In this document: piece by piece, positions 25,939 through 34,700 of the stretch | Layout: each line of letters opens with the position of its first letter | Position numbering within the stretch: the first letter of the stretch is position 1 | Assembly (NCBI GenBank): GCA_021786945.1 | Contig: JAJYMK010000003.1 | Span: 393,471-457,470 of the forward strand | Direction: 5' to 3' | DNA: 64,000 nt | Origin: a bacterium | GTDB taxonomy: Bacteria; Patescibacteriota; Minisyncoccia; UBA6257; 02-FULL-45-10c | Notes under the pieces: generated by a model | Told to the model about the DNA's origin: nothing | The model's input: only the letters and a program-made list of their open reading frames with translations | The model's database searches: none | Translations under genes and position numbers: made by a program

Positions 25939-28119
25939 ATGGCAACAGAAAATTCAAAAAGCTTAATAATTGTTGAAAGCCCGACAAAGGCTAAAACTAT
26001 TTCCAAATTCTTAAAAGGCCAATATATTATTGAGTCTTCTTTTGGTCATATTCGTGATTTACCCAAAAACAACAAAAAAGCCATTGATATAGAAGGCGGA
26101 TTTATTCCTCACTATGAAATATCTAAAGGAAAGGAGAAAGTTGTATCAGAAATAAAGAAGCTTTCAAAAAAAGCCGGAGAGGTTTTCCTGGCAACCGACC
26201 CTGATCGTGAGGGTGAAGCTATAGCCTGGCATATAAAAGAAACTTGTGGGTTGAAAAACCCGAAAAGAATCGTATTTCATGAAATCACCGAAAATGCCAT
26301 AAAGGAAGCCATAAACCATCCGCGTGAAATAGACGAAAATCTCAGAAAGGCCCAGGAGGCTAGAAGAATTTTGGACAGACTTGTAGGCTACGATCTGAGC
26401 GGCCTTATCTGGAAAAAAGTCCGCTACGGGCTTTCCGCCGGACGCGTACAATCCCCGGCCCTGCGCATAATTATGGAACGCGAACGCGAAATAAGAGCAT
26501 TTGTGCCCCAGGATTATTGGGTTATAACCGGCGAATTTGAAACCAAGAATAAAAATAAAATAGCACTAACTTGCGACGAACAGCCGACTGAAGAAAAAGA
26601 AACTGACAGGATTATTGAAACCGGAAAAAATAATTCCTGGCACATAACCGCAATAAAACAAACTGAAACAAAAAGATCTCCTCGCGCTCCGTTTACAACC
26701 TCAACGCTTCAGCAAGCCGCCAGCTCAAGACTCGGCTTTTCTCCTTCACGTACCATGACGGTTGCTCAAAAACTTTACGAACAAGGTCTTATTACCTATA
26801 TGAGAACCGACAGCGTAACGATCAGTAAAGAAGCTTTGCCGGTAATCTACAACCAGATAGAAAAAATGTTCGGCAAAGAATATGTCGAACCGAGATTCTA
26901 CAAAACAAAAAGTAAAAGCGCCCAGGAAGCCCACGAAGCCATAAGGCCCACAAATGCGGCCGTAAAAAATGCCGGGTCCAATACCGAGCAGGAAAAATTA
27001 TACAGACTTATCTGGGAAAGAACCGTTTCCTCCCAAATGGCCGACGCCAAAATCCTCAAAACAAAAGTTTCCGCCAATATCATTAAAGACGGAATAATAC
27101 CGGACTTTTCGGTTACCGGCAGCGTTACTGTTTTTGAAGGATGGCTGGCCGCCGACAAAGAAGCCCAAAGCGAAGAAATCCAGCTTCCAAATTTATCGGA
27201 AAAAGAAATACTGAAATTGATAACTATAAACAGCCAAAAGAAACAGACCGAGCCCCCGGGCCGATATACCGAAGCAGGGCTTGTAAAAGAACTAGAAAAA
27301 AGAGAAATAGGACGCCCGAGCACCTATGCGACAATCATCAAAACAATTAATGATCGCGGATATGTAACCAAAGAAGGTAAAACTCTCTTCCCTACCGCCA
27401 CGGGCGAAGTGGTGAGTACGTTCCTTGAAAATAATTTTGCTAAATATATCGGAGACTCATTCACGGCCGAAATGGAAAACGAACTCGATGAAATTGCTGA
27501 AGGTAAAATCGGTTACGAAAAAGTCTTAAAAGATTTTTATGGACCATTTCTTAAGGACGTAAAATCAAAAGAAAAAATAGAGAAAATAACCAATCTTGGC
27601 CAAGCTGATGAAAAATACAAATGTCCAGAATGCGGCGGGCCGATGGTTATAAAACTATCCAAAACCGGAAAATTTCTTAGCTGTGCCAAATTCCCTGATT
27701 GTACAGGTGCTAGAAAAGAAGATGGATCCATTATGGAGGGCCCGAAAGAAACCGGAGAAAATTGCCCGGAATGTAAAAATGGAAAACTCATTGAACGCGA
27801 GGGCCGCTTCGGCAAATTTATTTCCTGCAATAATTATCCAAAATGTAAATTTATTAAAAAAAGCGCCGAAGAAGAAGCTAAGGCTAAAACCGGGGTAACT
27901 TGTCCGGAATGTAAAAATGGTGAAATAGTTGAAAGACGCGGAAGATTTGGTCCATTTTATTCCTGCTCCAATTATCCAAAATGTAAATTTATAATAAAAT
28001 CCAGACCAACGGGTAAGGTATGTGAACTTTGCGGATCACTAATGATGGAGGGCACAAAAACTATTCCGGAACGCTGCTCTAATAAAGCCTGCCCTAATCA
28101 CAACCCTCATAAAAAATAA
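25939..28119 (+). CDS. topA: DNA topoisomerase I with three C-terminal C4 zinc ribbons
   Basis: Toprim N-terminus LIIVESPTKAKTI, catalytic region, repeated CPECGG / CPECKNG ... C..C zinc fingers; 726 aa. Confidence 0.95.
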   Translation: MATENSKSLIIVESPTKAKTISKFLKGQYIIESSFGHIRDLPKNNKKAIDIEGGFIPHYEISKGKEKVVSEIKKLSKKAGEVFLATDPDREGEAIAWHIKETCGLKNPKRIVFHEITENAIKEAINHPREIDENLRKAQEARRILDRLVGYDLSGLIWKKVRYGLSAGRVQSPALRIIMEREREIRAFVPQDYWVITGEFETKNKNKIALTCDEQPTEEKETDRIIETGKNNSWHITAIKQTETKRSPRAPFTTSTLQQAASSRLGFSPSRTMTVAQKLYEQGLITYMRTDSVTISKEALPVIYNQIEKMFGKEYVEPRFYKTKSKSAQEAHEAIRPTNAAVKNAGSNTEQEKLYRLIWERTVSSQMADAKILKTKVSANIIKDGIIPDFSVTGSVTVFEGWLAADKEAQSEEIQLPNLSEKEILKLITINSQKKQTEPPGRYTEAGLVKELEKREIGRPSTYATIIKTINDRGYVTKEGKTLFPTATGEVVSTFLENNFAKYIGDSFTAEMENELDEIAEGKIGYEKVLKDFYGPFLKDVKSKEKIEKITNLGQADEKYKCPECGGPMVIKLSKTGKFLSCAKFPDCTGARKEDGSIMEGPKETGENCPECKNGKLIEREGRFGKFISCNNYPKCKFIKKSAEEEAKAKTGVTCPECKNGEIVERRGRFGPFYSCSNYPKCKFIIKSRPTGKVCELCGSLMMEGTKTIPERCSNKACPNHNPHKK

Positions 28120-28176
28120 TTTCGCTTTTGGGTAAATAGCGTTATATAATTAATCTGTCTTACAGGGAATATAACC

Positions 28177-29880
28177 ATGAATAAAGCAGAAAAAATAGAA
28201 AATTTAATAAAAGAAAATGGGAGAGTAAAAAAGGCTTATGACCTGGCTTTAAATTTACATAAAGGCCAAAAAAGAAAAAACGGTGAGCCGTACTTTAACC
28301 ACGTTCTAGCGACAGCTGAAACTATTGCTCAATGGGGCTTAGACGAAACCAGTATAATATCCGGACTTCTTCATGATGTCGTAGAAGACACTGAATATCC
28401 TCTGGAAAAAATAAAAGAACAATTTGGCGACGAAGTAGCTTTTTTGGTTGACGGGGTTACAAAACTAGGAAAAATAAAATATCGCGGCGTCGAAAGACAG
28501 GTAGAAAATCTCAGAAAAATGATGCTGGCTCTAAGCCAAGATTTAAGAGTAATAATAATTAAACTAGCAGACAGACTCCATAATATGCGGACTTTGGCTG
28601 CATTACCGCCACAAAAACAAAAAAGGATAGCCCTAGAAACTTCTGAAATCTACGCCCCCCTCGCCTACAGATTAGGGATGCAATGGATCAGCGGAGAATT
28701 GGAAGACTTGGCATTTCCCTACATTTATCCAAAAGAATACCGCTGGCTAATAGATAATATTAATGAAAAATATGAAGAGCGTGAAACTTACGCGGAAAAA
28801 GCCAAACCGATTCTCAAAAAAATTTTGGAAGACGCCGGAATAGAAGTTCTAAAAATAGATTATCGTGCTAAAAAATACTCCAGCCTTTATAAGAAACTTC
28901 TACGCTGGGACATGGATATCGAAAAAATTTATGATCTCGTAGCCTTGCGGGTAATTGTAAACAATATTGAAGATTGCTATGCAGCATTAGGAACTATACA
29001 TAATAATTGGCCGCCTCTCCCCAATAGAATAAAAGACTATATCGCTCTTCCGAAGCCAAACGGTTACAGAAGTCTGCATACAACTGTTTTTTTTGTGAAT
29101 AATAAAATTACCGAAATACAGATAAGAACAAAAGCTATGCATGATGAAGCAGAAACCGGAATTGCCGCCCACTGGGCCTACGAACTATCAAAAAATACCA
29201 AAACCTACATGGAGGGAAAATCTAGTTTCGCCGATAAACGTGAGTTGCAATGGGTCAACCAGCTAAAAAATTGGCAAAATGAATTTTCCGATCCGGAAGA
29301 ATTTCTTGAATCTCTGAAAATAGATTTTTTTAAAGACAGAATATTTGTGATTACCCCGAAAGGCGAAGTGGTTGATTTACCCGCCGGATCTACTCCGATA
29401 GATTTTGCCTATCAAATCCACAGCGATATCGGTAATAGCTGTGCCGGGGCAAAAGTTAATGGAAAAATAGTTCCTCTAGATTTTCAATTAAGATCCGGGG
29501 ATATAGTTGAAGTGAACACCCAGAAAAACAAAAAACCGTCCGAATCTTGGCTGGATTTTGTTAAAACTACGAATGCTAAAAATCAGATAAAAAGCGGTTT
29601 AAAGGGAAATGTAAAAAAACTGGTTTCCACCGAAATAAAAGGAAGCGATCTTAAAATTACCGTTGAAGATAAAATAGGATTACTTAAAGAAATCACCGCC
29701 GTATTTTCCAGAAATCATGTAAACATAATTTCTATCAATACTATTTCCAATGCACGATTTCCGACATTAAAATTCCGTTGCGATCTTACAACTACCGACA
29801 AAATTGAGAAATTGATACTGAAACTTAAAACTATAAAAGAAATAAAAGAAATAAGTTATCAGCTTTTTAAAACCAATTAA
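28177..29880 (+). CDS. rel: short bifunctional (p)ppGpp synthetase/hydrolase Rel (RelA/SpoT family: HD, synthetase, TGS and ACT domains)
   Basis: HDVVEDT hydrolase motif, synthetase-domain region, TGS-like FVITPKGEVVDLPAGSTPIDFAY, C-terminal ACT-like segment; 567 aa. Confidence 0.85.
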   Translation: MNKAEKIENLIKENGRVKKAYDLALNLHKGQKRKNGEPYFNHVLATAETIAQWGLDETSIISGLLHDVVEDTEYPLEKIKEQFGDEVAFLVDGVTKLGKIKYRGVERQVENLRKMMLALSQDLRVIIIKLADRLHNMRTLAALPPQKQKRIALETSEIYAPLAYRLGMQWISGELEDLAFPYIYPKEYRWLIDNINEKYEERETYAEKAKPILKKILEDAGIEVLKIDYRAKKYSSLYKKLLRWDMDIEKIYDLVALRVIVNNIEDCYAALGTIHNNWPPLPNRIKDYIALPKPNGYRSLHTTVFFVNNKITEIQIRTKAMHDEAETGIAAHWAYELSKNTKTYMEGKSSFADKRELQWVNQLKNWQNEFSDPEEFLESLKIDFFKDRIFVITPKGEVVDLPAGSTPIDFAYQIHSDIGNSCAGAKVNGKIVPLDFQLRSGDIVEVNTQKNKKPSESWLDFVKTTNAKNQIKSGLKGNVKKLVSTEIKGSDLKITVEDKIGLLKEITAVFSRNHVNIISINTISNARFPTLKFRCDLTTTDKIEKLILKLKTIKEIKEISYQLFKTN

Positions 29881-30980
29881 ACCGTAAAATCGTCTTCAGC
29901 CGTTCCGGAATAAGGCGGTATTTCATCGTGTCTTATTACCATTGGCAAGTCATCGGGATTAGGATCAACAACCCTCTCTTCCAAAAGCTTTTCTTCTTCA
30001 ATGGGTAAATTCAAATTTTCCAGAGGCTTTTCTATTTCCGGCATTTCCGGAACTTTTTCGATTAAATTTTCATGATGTTCTACGACCGGTGCGGTATAAG
30101 CTTCGCGCTCTTTACGCAAAATACTATCGGCTCTTTTCTGAACAAGTTTATCTATAATCCCTTGCAATTCCTCTTTTGAATAAAAATTAATGGTCAATTT
30201 TCCGCCATCACCCTCAGATTGAACCCTTACCTTAGTCCCCAATATTTCCATAAGCTGTTCTTCCAAAGAAGAAATCTCCGGATCGGATTTAGGCCTGAAA
30301 CCAGTTTGGTTAGAAGCCGTACTATCTGCCGGTTTTTCCTTTTTAGTCCTTATTCTGTTTCGTAACTCTCTAACGCTCAAATTATTTAAAACCAAATCAT
30401 CAAAAACAACCTGTTGTTCTTTAATATCAGAAACCATAAGCAAAAGCCTGGCCTGGCTTTCGTTTATCTGTCCCTTAGACAAAGCGTCTTGTGCAAATGT
30501 CGGCAAATTCAAAAGCCTCATTGTATTAGCAACTGATTCCCTGCTCTTACCCATTCTGATAGCAATCTCTCTTTGGGTTAAACCAAATTGTTCCTGAAGT
30601 TTTACATAAGCCCTGGCTGTTTCTAAAGGATTAAGATTTTCTCTCTGAATATTTTCAATAATAGCAAGCTCCAATCTTTCTTTTTCGGTGGGAGCCGCTT
30701 TAATAATGGCCGGCACTCTTTCCAATCCGACAATTTTGGAAGCCATAAGCCTCCTCTCTCCGGAAATAAGCTGATACTCCACATTCGTGCCATTCGCCGA
30801 AGGTGTTTCTATTTTTGTGACAACCAAAGGATGCAAAATTCCATACTCTCTAATTGAGCTGGCTAATTCATTAAGCGCGTCCTGATCGAAATTTTTTCTG
30901 GGCTGATAAGGATTCGGTTTTATTTTTTCAACCTCAATGTGAAAGATTGGTTCCGGACCGTTGCCTTGATTGAATTGCAT
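29877..30980 (-). CDS. parB: ParB/Spo0J-like partition protein with a long acidic C-terminal tail; no parA adjacent
   Basis: ParB box (GERRLMASKIVGLERVPAII), HTH region and C-terminal dimerisation-like region; start reassigned to the internal ATG at 30980 because the longer ORF overlaps tRNA-Leu; 4-bp convergent stop overlap with rel. Confidence 0.75.
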   Translation of the reverse strand: MQFNQGNGPEPIFHIEVEKIKPNPYQPRKNFDQDALNELASSIREYGILHPLVVTKIETPSANGTNVEYQLISGERRLMASKIVGLERVPAIIKAAPTEKERLELAIIENIQRENLNPLETARAYVKLQEQFGLTQREIAIRMGKSRESVANTMRLLNLPTFAQDALSKGQINESQARLLLMVSDIKEQQVVFDDLVLNNLSVRELRNRIRTKKEKPADSTASNQTGFRPKSDPEISSLEEQLMEILGTKVRVQSEGDGGKLTINFYSKEELQGIIDKLVQKRADSILRKEREAYTAPVVEHHENLIEKVPEMPEIEKPLENLNLPIEEEKLLEERVVDPNPDDLPMVIRHDEIPPYSGTAEDDFTV

Positions 30981-31028
30981 AATATTATTTATTATAATAC
31001 AATAATTCCTGAAAAGATAATTGAAATT

Positions 31029-31114
31029 GCTCGGGTGGCGGAATTGGCAGACGCACACGACTCAAAATCGTGCGGGTTAACCCCATGAGAGTTCGATTCT
31101 CTCCCCGAGCACCA
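31029..31114 (+). tRNA. tRNA-Leu(CAA), long variable arm, 3' CCA encoded
   Basis: acceptor GCTCGGG/CCCGAGC, anticodon loop CTCAAAA, variable arm, T-loop GTTCGATTC, then A-CCA. Confidence 0.8.
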
Positions 31115-31264
31115 AAAAACACTAAAAACACCCTCAAGTTAGGAGTGTTTTTAGATTAAACCACCCAATTTCTAAGAGTAGACAAAATAGCCGTTCTGTG
31201 ATACTATATACCTATAAATAAAGAGTATAATCAACCCCGAAAGGGGTGTTTTTATTCAATAGAC

Positions 31265-31705
31265 ATGAACAGAATATTCAAGAAAATACATAAGTTTTAC
31301 AATAAAACCGCTTCCAAATACAGCCATTCAGCTATAGTGGGTATTTTTGCTATATCTCTATTCATAAATCATACGGCTTTGGCTATTTCAACAAATCCCG
31401 AAACCGGCAAACCGGCAAATCAGATAGAGGTTGAGATCACCGCCTACTCCTCAACAAAAAGCCAGACCGACGAAACTCCTTTTATCGCCGCTTCCGGCAA
31501 AAAAGTTTATGATGGCATGGTAGCCGCCAACTTCCTGCCCTTCGGCACAAAAATAAAAATTCCTGAACTTTTCGGAGATAAAGTTTTTATCGTAGACGAC
31601 AGAATGAATATCCGATATCAAAACAGAGTTGATATCTGGTACGCCAGCACAAATTCAGCTATAAAATTTGGCATCAAAAAAACTATTATTGAAATTGTTC
31701 AGTAA
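31265..31705 (+). CDS. secreted 3D-domain (MltA/YuiC-like, DPBB fold) protein
   Basis: signal peptide; VEITAYSS..DETP..ASGKKVYDGMVAAN.LPFGTKIKIP...FIVDDR pattern typical of the 3D domain. Confidence 0.55.
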   Translation: MNRIFKKIHKFYNKTASKYSHSAIVGIFAISLFINHTALAISTNPETGKPANQIEVEITAYSSTKSQTDETPFIAASGKKVYDGMVAANFLPFGTKIKIPELFGDKVFIVDDRMNIRYQNRVDIWYASTNSAIKFGIKKTIIEIVQ

Positions 31706-32399
31706 TTAAAGAGAGTCCTGCTATTGCCGCAGTTTCGGCTCTCAAAACAAAAGGCGAAAAACTCAGGATCTTTAATTTTTCCTTTTTAGCCAATTTAATT
31801 TCTTCGTTTTCCCATCCCCCCTCCGGACCAACAAAAATCCCTATTTTTTTATATTTTGAAAAATCTATTTTAGATTCCCTTAAAGTTTTTTCGCCTATTT
31901 CAAAAAATATATTTAGATCGTTACCACTAGAATCATCTAAGGCAGATTTAAAATCCAAAGAATCGCTTAAAATAGGCAAAATTCCCCTTCCAGACTGCTC
32001 TGCCGCCTCTTTGATTATCTTCTCTAATCTGTCTCGTTTTAGGCCAAATTTTACGGTTCTAGAGGCAATTACCGGCACTATTCTGACAACTCCTAGTTCA
32101 ACAGCTTTTTGAATAACCAACTCAAAATTTTCTCTTTTTAAAATAGAACAATAAAGGATAACTTCCTGTTTAAGATCTTTGTTATTTTTTTCTGTTTTTA
32201 AAATTTTAAAAACAGCCTCGTTTTTATCCAGGCTCTCGATAAAACATTCAGCTTCATTCATTTTTCCGTCACACAAAATAATTTCGTCTCCCACCTTTAA
32301 ACGTAAAACATTTTTAAGTTGATTTATTAAATCTTTATCTGAAGATTTAATAATTTCATTATCAAAATTGAAATCTCCAAAAAATCTGTTTAAGCGCAT
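31686..32399 (-). CDS. rsmE: 16S rRNA (uracil1498-N3)-methyltransferase RsmE
   Basis: N-terminal MRLNRFF, C-terminal GPEGGW motif; 237 aa; convergent 20-bp overlap with the 3D-domain gene. Confidence 0.8.
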   Translation of the reverse strand: MRLNRFFGDFNFDNEIIKSSDKDLINQLKNVLRLKVGDEIILCDGKMNEAECFIESLDKNEAVFKILKTEKNNKDLKQEVILYCSILKRENFELVIQKAVELGVVRIVPVIASRTVKFGLKRDRLEKIIKEAAEQSGRGILPILSDSLDFKSALDDSSGNDLNIFFEIGEKTLRESKIDFSKYKKIGIFVGPEGGWENEEIKLAKKEKLKILSFSPFVLRAETAAIAGLSLITEQFQ

Positions 32400-32422
32400 A
32401 GATAAATAATAGCAAACAAAAT

Positions 32423-32446
32423 CCCCTCACTCAAAAGAGTGAGGGG
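32423..32446 (-). terminator. Rho-independent terminator (CCCCTCACTC-loop-GAGTGAGGGG)
   Basis: 10-bp GC stem with T-runs on both sides, directly after the 32453 stop. Confidence 0.65.
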
Positions 32447-32452
32447 AAATTT

Positions 32453-33013
32453 TTATTTCCTGCCTATTAAACCGCCAGACAAACAGTCGGCTATCGTTTC
32501 CAGAGCCTGTCTGCCGGTATAAACCAGTTTTTCTTTTTCTATCACAGCATAAGCGCCTATGGGATGGACAAACATGGGTAACACTACCCCGCACAACTGC
32601 TTTCCGGTTTTCTTATCTTTCCATTCCTTCGACACCCAGCCCTTAAGCCAGATTCCGCTATTTTGGCTGAATTCAAACAGAACTTCCGGAGCGCCTTCAT
32701 TCTTTATACGGTCAAAATGATTAAGCGACTCCACCAAAACACCGATAACCGGCAATTTCCCCAGCAGATCAAAAATAATCCGCTTGAAAGTATTATTTTC
32801 AAAAAGCCGGCCAACTATGTAGGCCAGTATCAAAAAAACAACTACTTTAAAGGAAAAGTTCATCCAGTTGGATCTAAAAGGATTATATCCAATAGAAAGG
32901 ACAAACCCCCACACCCAATGCAACAAATAAAAAACCATTACCAGCACAAAGGCCAGTAAAAGTCCGTTTTTTAATACGGAAAACTGGGCTTTTATATCAG
33001 CCTTTAAATCCAT
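32453..33013 (-). CDS. membrane protein, possibly DUF502-like
   Basis: two N-terminal TM helices then a soluble domain; 186 aa; family assignment weak. Confidence 0.3.
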   Translation of the reverse strand: MDLKADIKAQFSVLKNGLLLAFVLVMVFYLLHWVWGFVLSIGYNPFRSNWMNFSFKVVVFLILAYIVGRLFENNTFKRIIFDLLGKLPVIGVLVESLNHFDRIKNEGAPEVLFEFSQNSGIWLKGWVSKEWKDKKTGKQLCGVVLPMFVHPIGAYAVIEKEKLVYTGRQALETIADCLSGGLIGRK

Positions 33014-33031
33014 ATTTCCTCCCCTTATTAT

Positions 33032-33565
33032 CTAAGATTTCTTAGGTTCTAATAAGAACTTTACAATAAAAGCGCTTACAAAAGCAATAACAATCCCACC
33101 GGCAATATCCAGCGGCCAATGAACACCAACGTATATTCTAGCCAAGCCCATTAGTAATAAACTGACTATAAAAATAGCTGACCATTTTTTATAACCTAAA
33201 TAATACAATGAAAAAGCTAACGCAAAATAAAAAGTCATATGGCCCGAAGGGAAAGAAGCTTCCGTAGCGGATTGATTTATTATCGGAACTAAATTTAGTT
33301 CTACAAAAGGCCTAGTTCTGAAAAAAAAGAATCGGAAAGTTTCCGTTAAAATTCCCCTGGACAACAAAACTACCAAAGAGATAAAGCTTAAATTAAATAA
33401 TTTATCTTTTATTTTATTGGAAGAAAAAATAAGAAATAATAATATTAAAATTAATATATAACCCAAATAATCGGCAAAAAATATAGCCGATAAATCAAGA
33501 AGCCGGCTCTTGCCGACTAATTGATGAATAAAATTAAAAATTTGTAAATCTATTGAAAACAACAT
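33032..33565 (-). CDS. PAP2-family phosphatase (undecaprenyl-diphosphatase / phosphatidic acid phosphatase-like)
   Basis: PAP2 motifs ...RTRPF, PSGHMT, RIYVGVHWPLDIAGG. Confidence 0.75.
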   Translation of the reverse strand: MLFSIDLQIFNFIHQLVGKSRLLDLSAIFFADYLGYILILILLFLIFSSNKIKDKLFNLSFISLVVLLSRGILTETFRFFFFRTRPFVELNLVPIINQSATEASFPSGHMTFYFALAFSLYYLGYKKWSAIFIVSLLLMGLARIYVGVHWPLDIAGGIVIAFVSAFIVKFLLEPKKS

Positions 33566-33765
33566 TATCTTCTAACAAATGGGAGTAAACCCAAATATCT
33601 AGCTCTTTTAATGGCCTGGGCCAAAGCTCTCTGGTGTTTGGCACAAGTGCTGGAATATCTCGGATCAACAATCTTTCCCTGTCCGGAAACAAATCTCTTC
33701 AGGATTTCCAAATCCTTGTAATCAATATTTTTTAAGTTTTGTGAGCAGAAAAAACACTGGGACAT
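33565..33765 (-). CDS. rpsR: 30S ribosomal protein S18
   Basis: CFFC...IDYKD...L.RF....GKI...R....C...QR.L..AIKRAR.L.LLPF. Confidence 0.9.
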   Translation of the reverse strand: MSQCFFCSQNLKNIDYKDLEILKRFVSGQGKIVDPRYSSTCAKHQRALAQAIKRARYLGLLPFVRR

Positions 33766-33786
33766 ATTTTGAATTTAATTAATTAT

Positions 33787-34239
33787 TTAAAATGGTAAAT
33801 CTTCTTCTTTAATTTCTTCGGAATCATCACCTAATTCTATGGTCGGAACCCCCTTTTCTTCTACGACCATTTCTTCTTCGTGCATCGGAGCGGCCGATCT
33901 GGCTGTTCCTGCAGCTTTGGGACCGAGCTGGATTTTTTCGCAAATAATTTCCGTGGTTTTTCTCTTCTGTCCGGACTTATCATCCCAAGTTCTGGTCTGA
34001 AGCCTTCCTTCTACCAAGACAAGGGCTCCTTTTTTGACGAATCGTCCAACGATTTCGGCTTGCTTTCCCCAGACAACCACATTATGAAACTCAGTTTCTT
34101 CTTTTCTGTTTCCCGATTTATCATTCCAAACTCTATTTGTAGCAATGGAAAAATTAACAACCTGAGTACCCGTAGCCGTACTTTTTACTACTGGGTCGGC
34201 GGTAACTCTTCCCAAAACAAAAACTTTGTTTAAATTCAT
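33787..34239 (-). CDS. ssb: single-stranded DNA-binding protein
   Basis: OB-fold SSB sequence (NKV.L.GR...DP.......G..V..F..A.........G......F..V..WG..AE), acidic C-terminal tail ending DLPF. Confidence 0.9.
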   Translation of the reverse strand: MNLNKVFVLGRVTADPVVKSTATGTQVVNFSIATNRVWNDKSGNRKEETEFHNVVVWGKQAEIVGRFVKKGALVLVEGRLQTRTWDDKSGQKRKTTEIICEKIQLGPKAAGTARSAAPMHEEEMVVEEKGVPTIELGDDSEEIKEEDLPF

Positions 34240-34240
34240 G

Positions 34241-34675
34241 TTACTTTAAAATTTCTTCCAATTGTTCTTCTAAGGCTTCATTGGTAAGTACCGACTTACC
34301 AGCAGCTTCAGCTTTAGCCGATTTTTTACTTTCGGCTTTTTCGCCTCCCTCTTTTTTCAAAATAGGAGAAGCTATGACCAGAAATCTCAAAACTTCCGGG
34401 TTCAATCTTAAAATTCCGGAAAGTTCTTTAATGTCGGCCGGGTCAGCCTCAAAATTAACATAGCCAAAATAAGCAGAAACGTGCTTCTTAATAGGATAAG
34501 CCAATTTGATGGAATTAACCTGGGACTGATTAGTTACCGAGGCTTTGTGCTGAGCCAATAAATCCAAAACAACCTTTTCGGCAGCCGGATCCTTAAGCAA
34601 AAAAGCTAATTCGTACAATTTCTTTCCCTCTAAATTTTTCATGTTTTTTGTTGACATTGGTATATAATTTAACAA
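34241..34675 (-). CDS. rpsF: 30S ribosomal protein S6
   Basis: S6-like core (YELAFLL....) plus conserved rpsF-ssb-rpsR gene order; lysine- and alanine-rich C-terminal extension. Confidence 0.8.
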   Translation of the reverse strand: MLNYIPMSTKNMKNLEGKKLYELAFLLKDPAAEKVVLDLLAQHKASVTNQSQVNSIKLAYPIKKHVSAYFGYVNFEADPADIKELSGILRLNPEVLRFLVIASPILKKEGGEKAESKKSAKAEAAGKSVLTNEALEEQLEEILK

Positions 34676-34700
34676 ATAAAAATGTAATTGGCAAGCACTA

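Noticed and set aside
28177-29880. Rel being truncated or a pseudogene because it is about 160 aa shorter than E. coli RelA/SpoT
   Set aside because: The HD, synthetase, TGS and ACT-like segments are all present and in frame. Short bifunctional Rel proteins are normal in reduced genomes.
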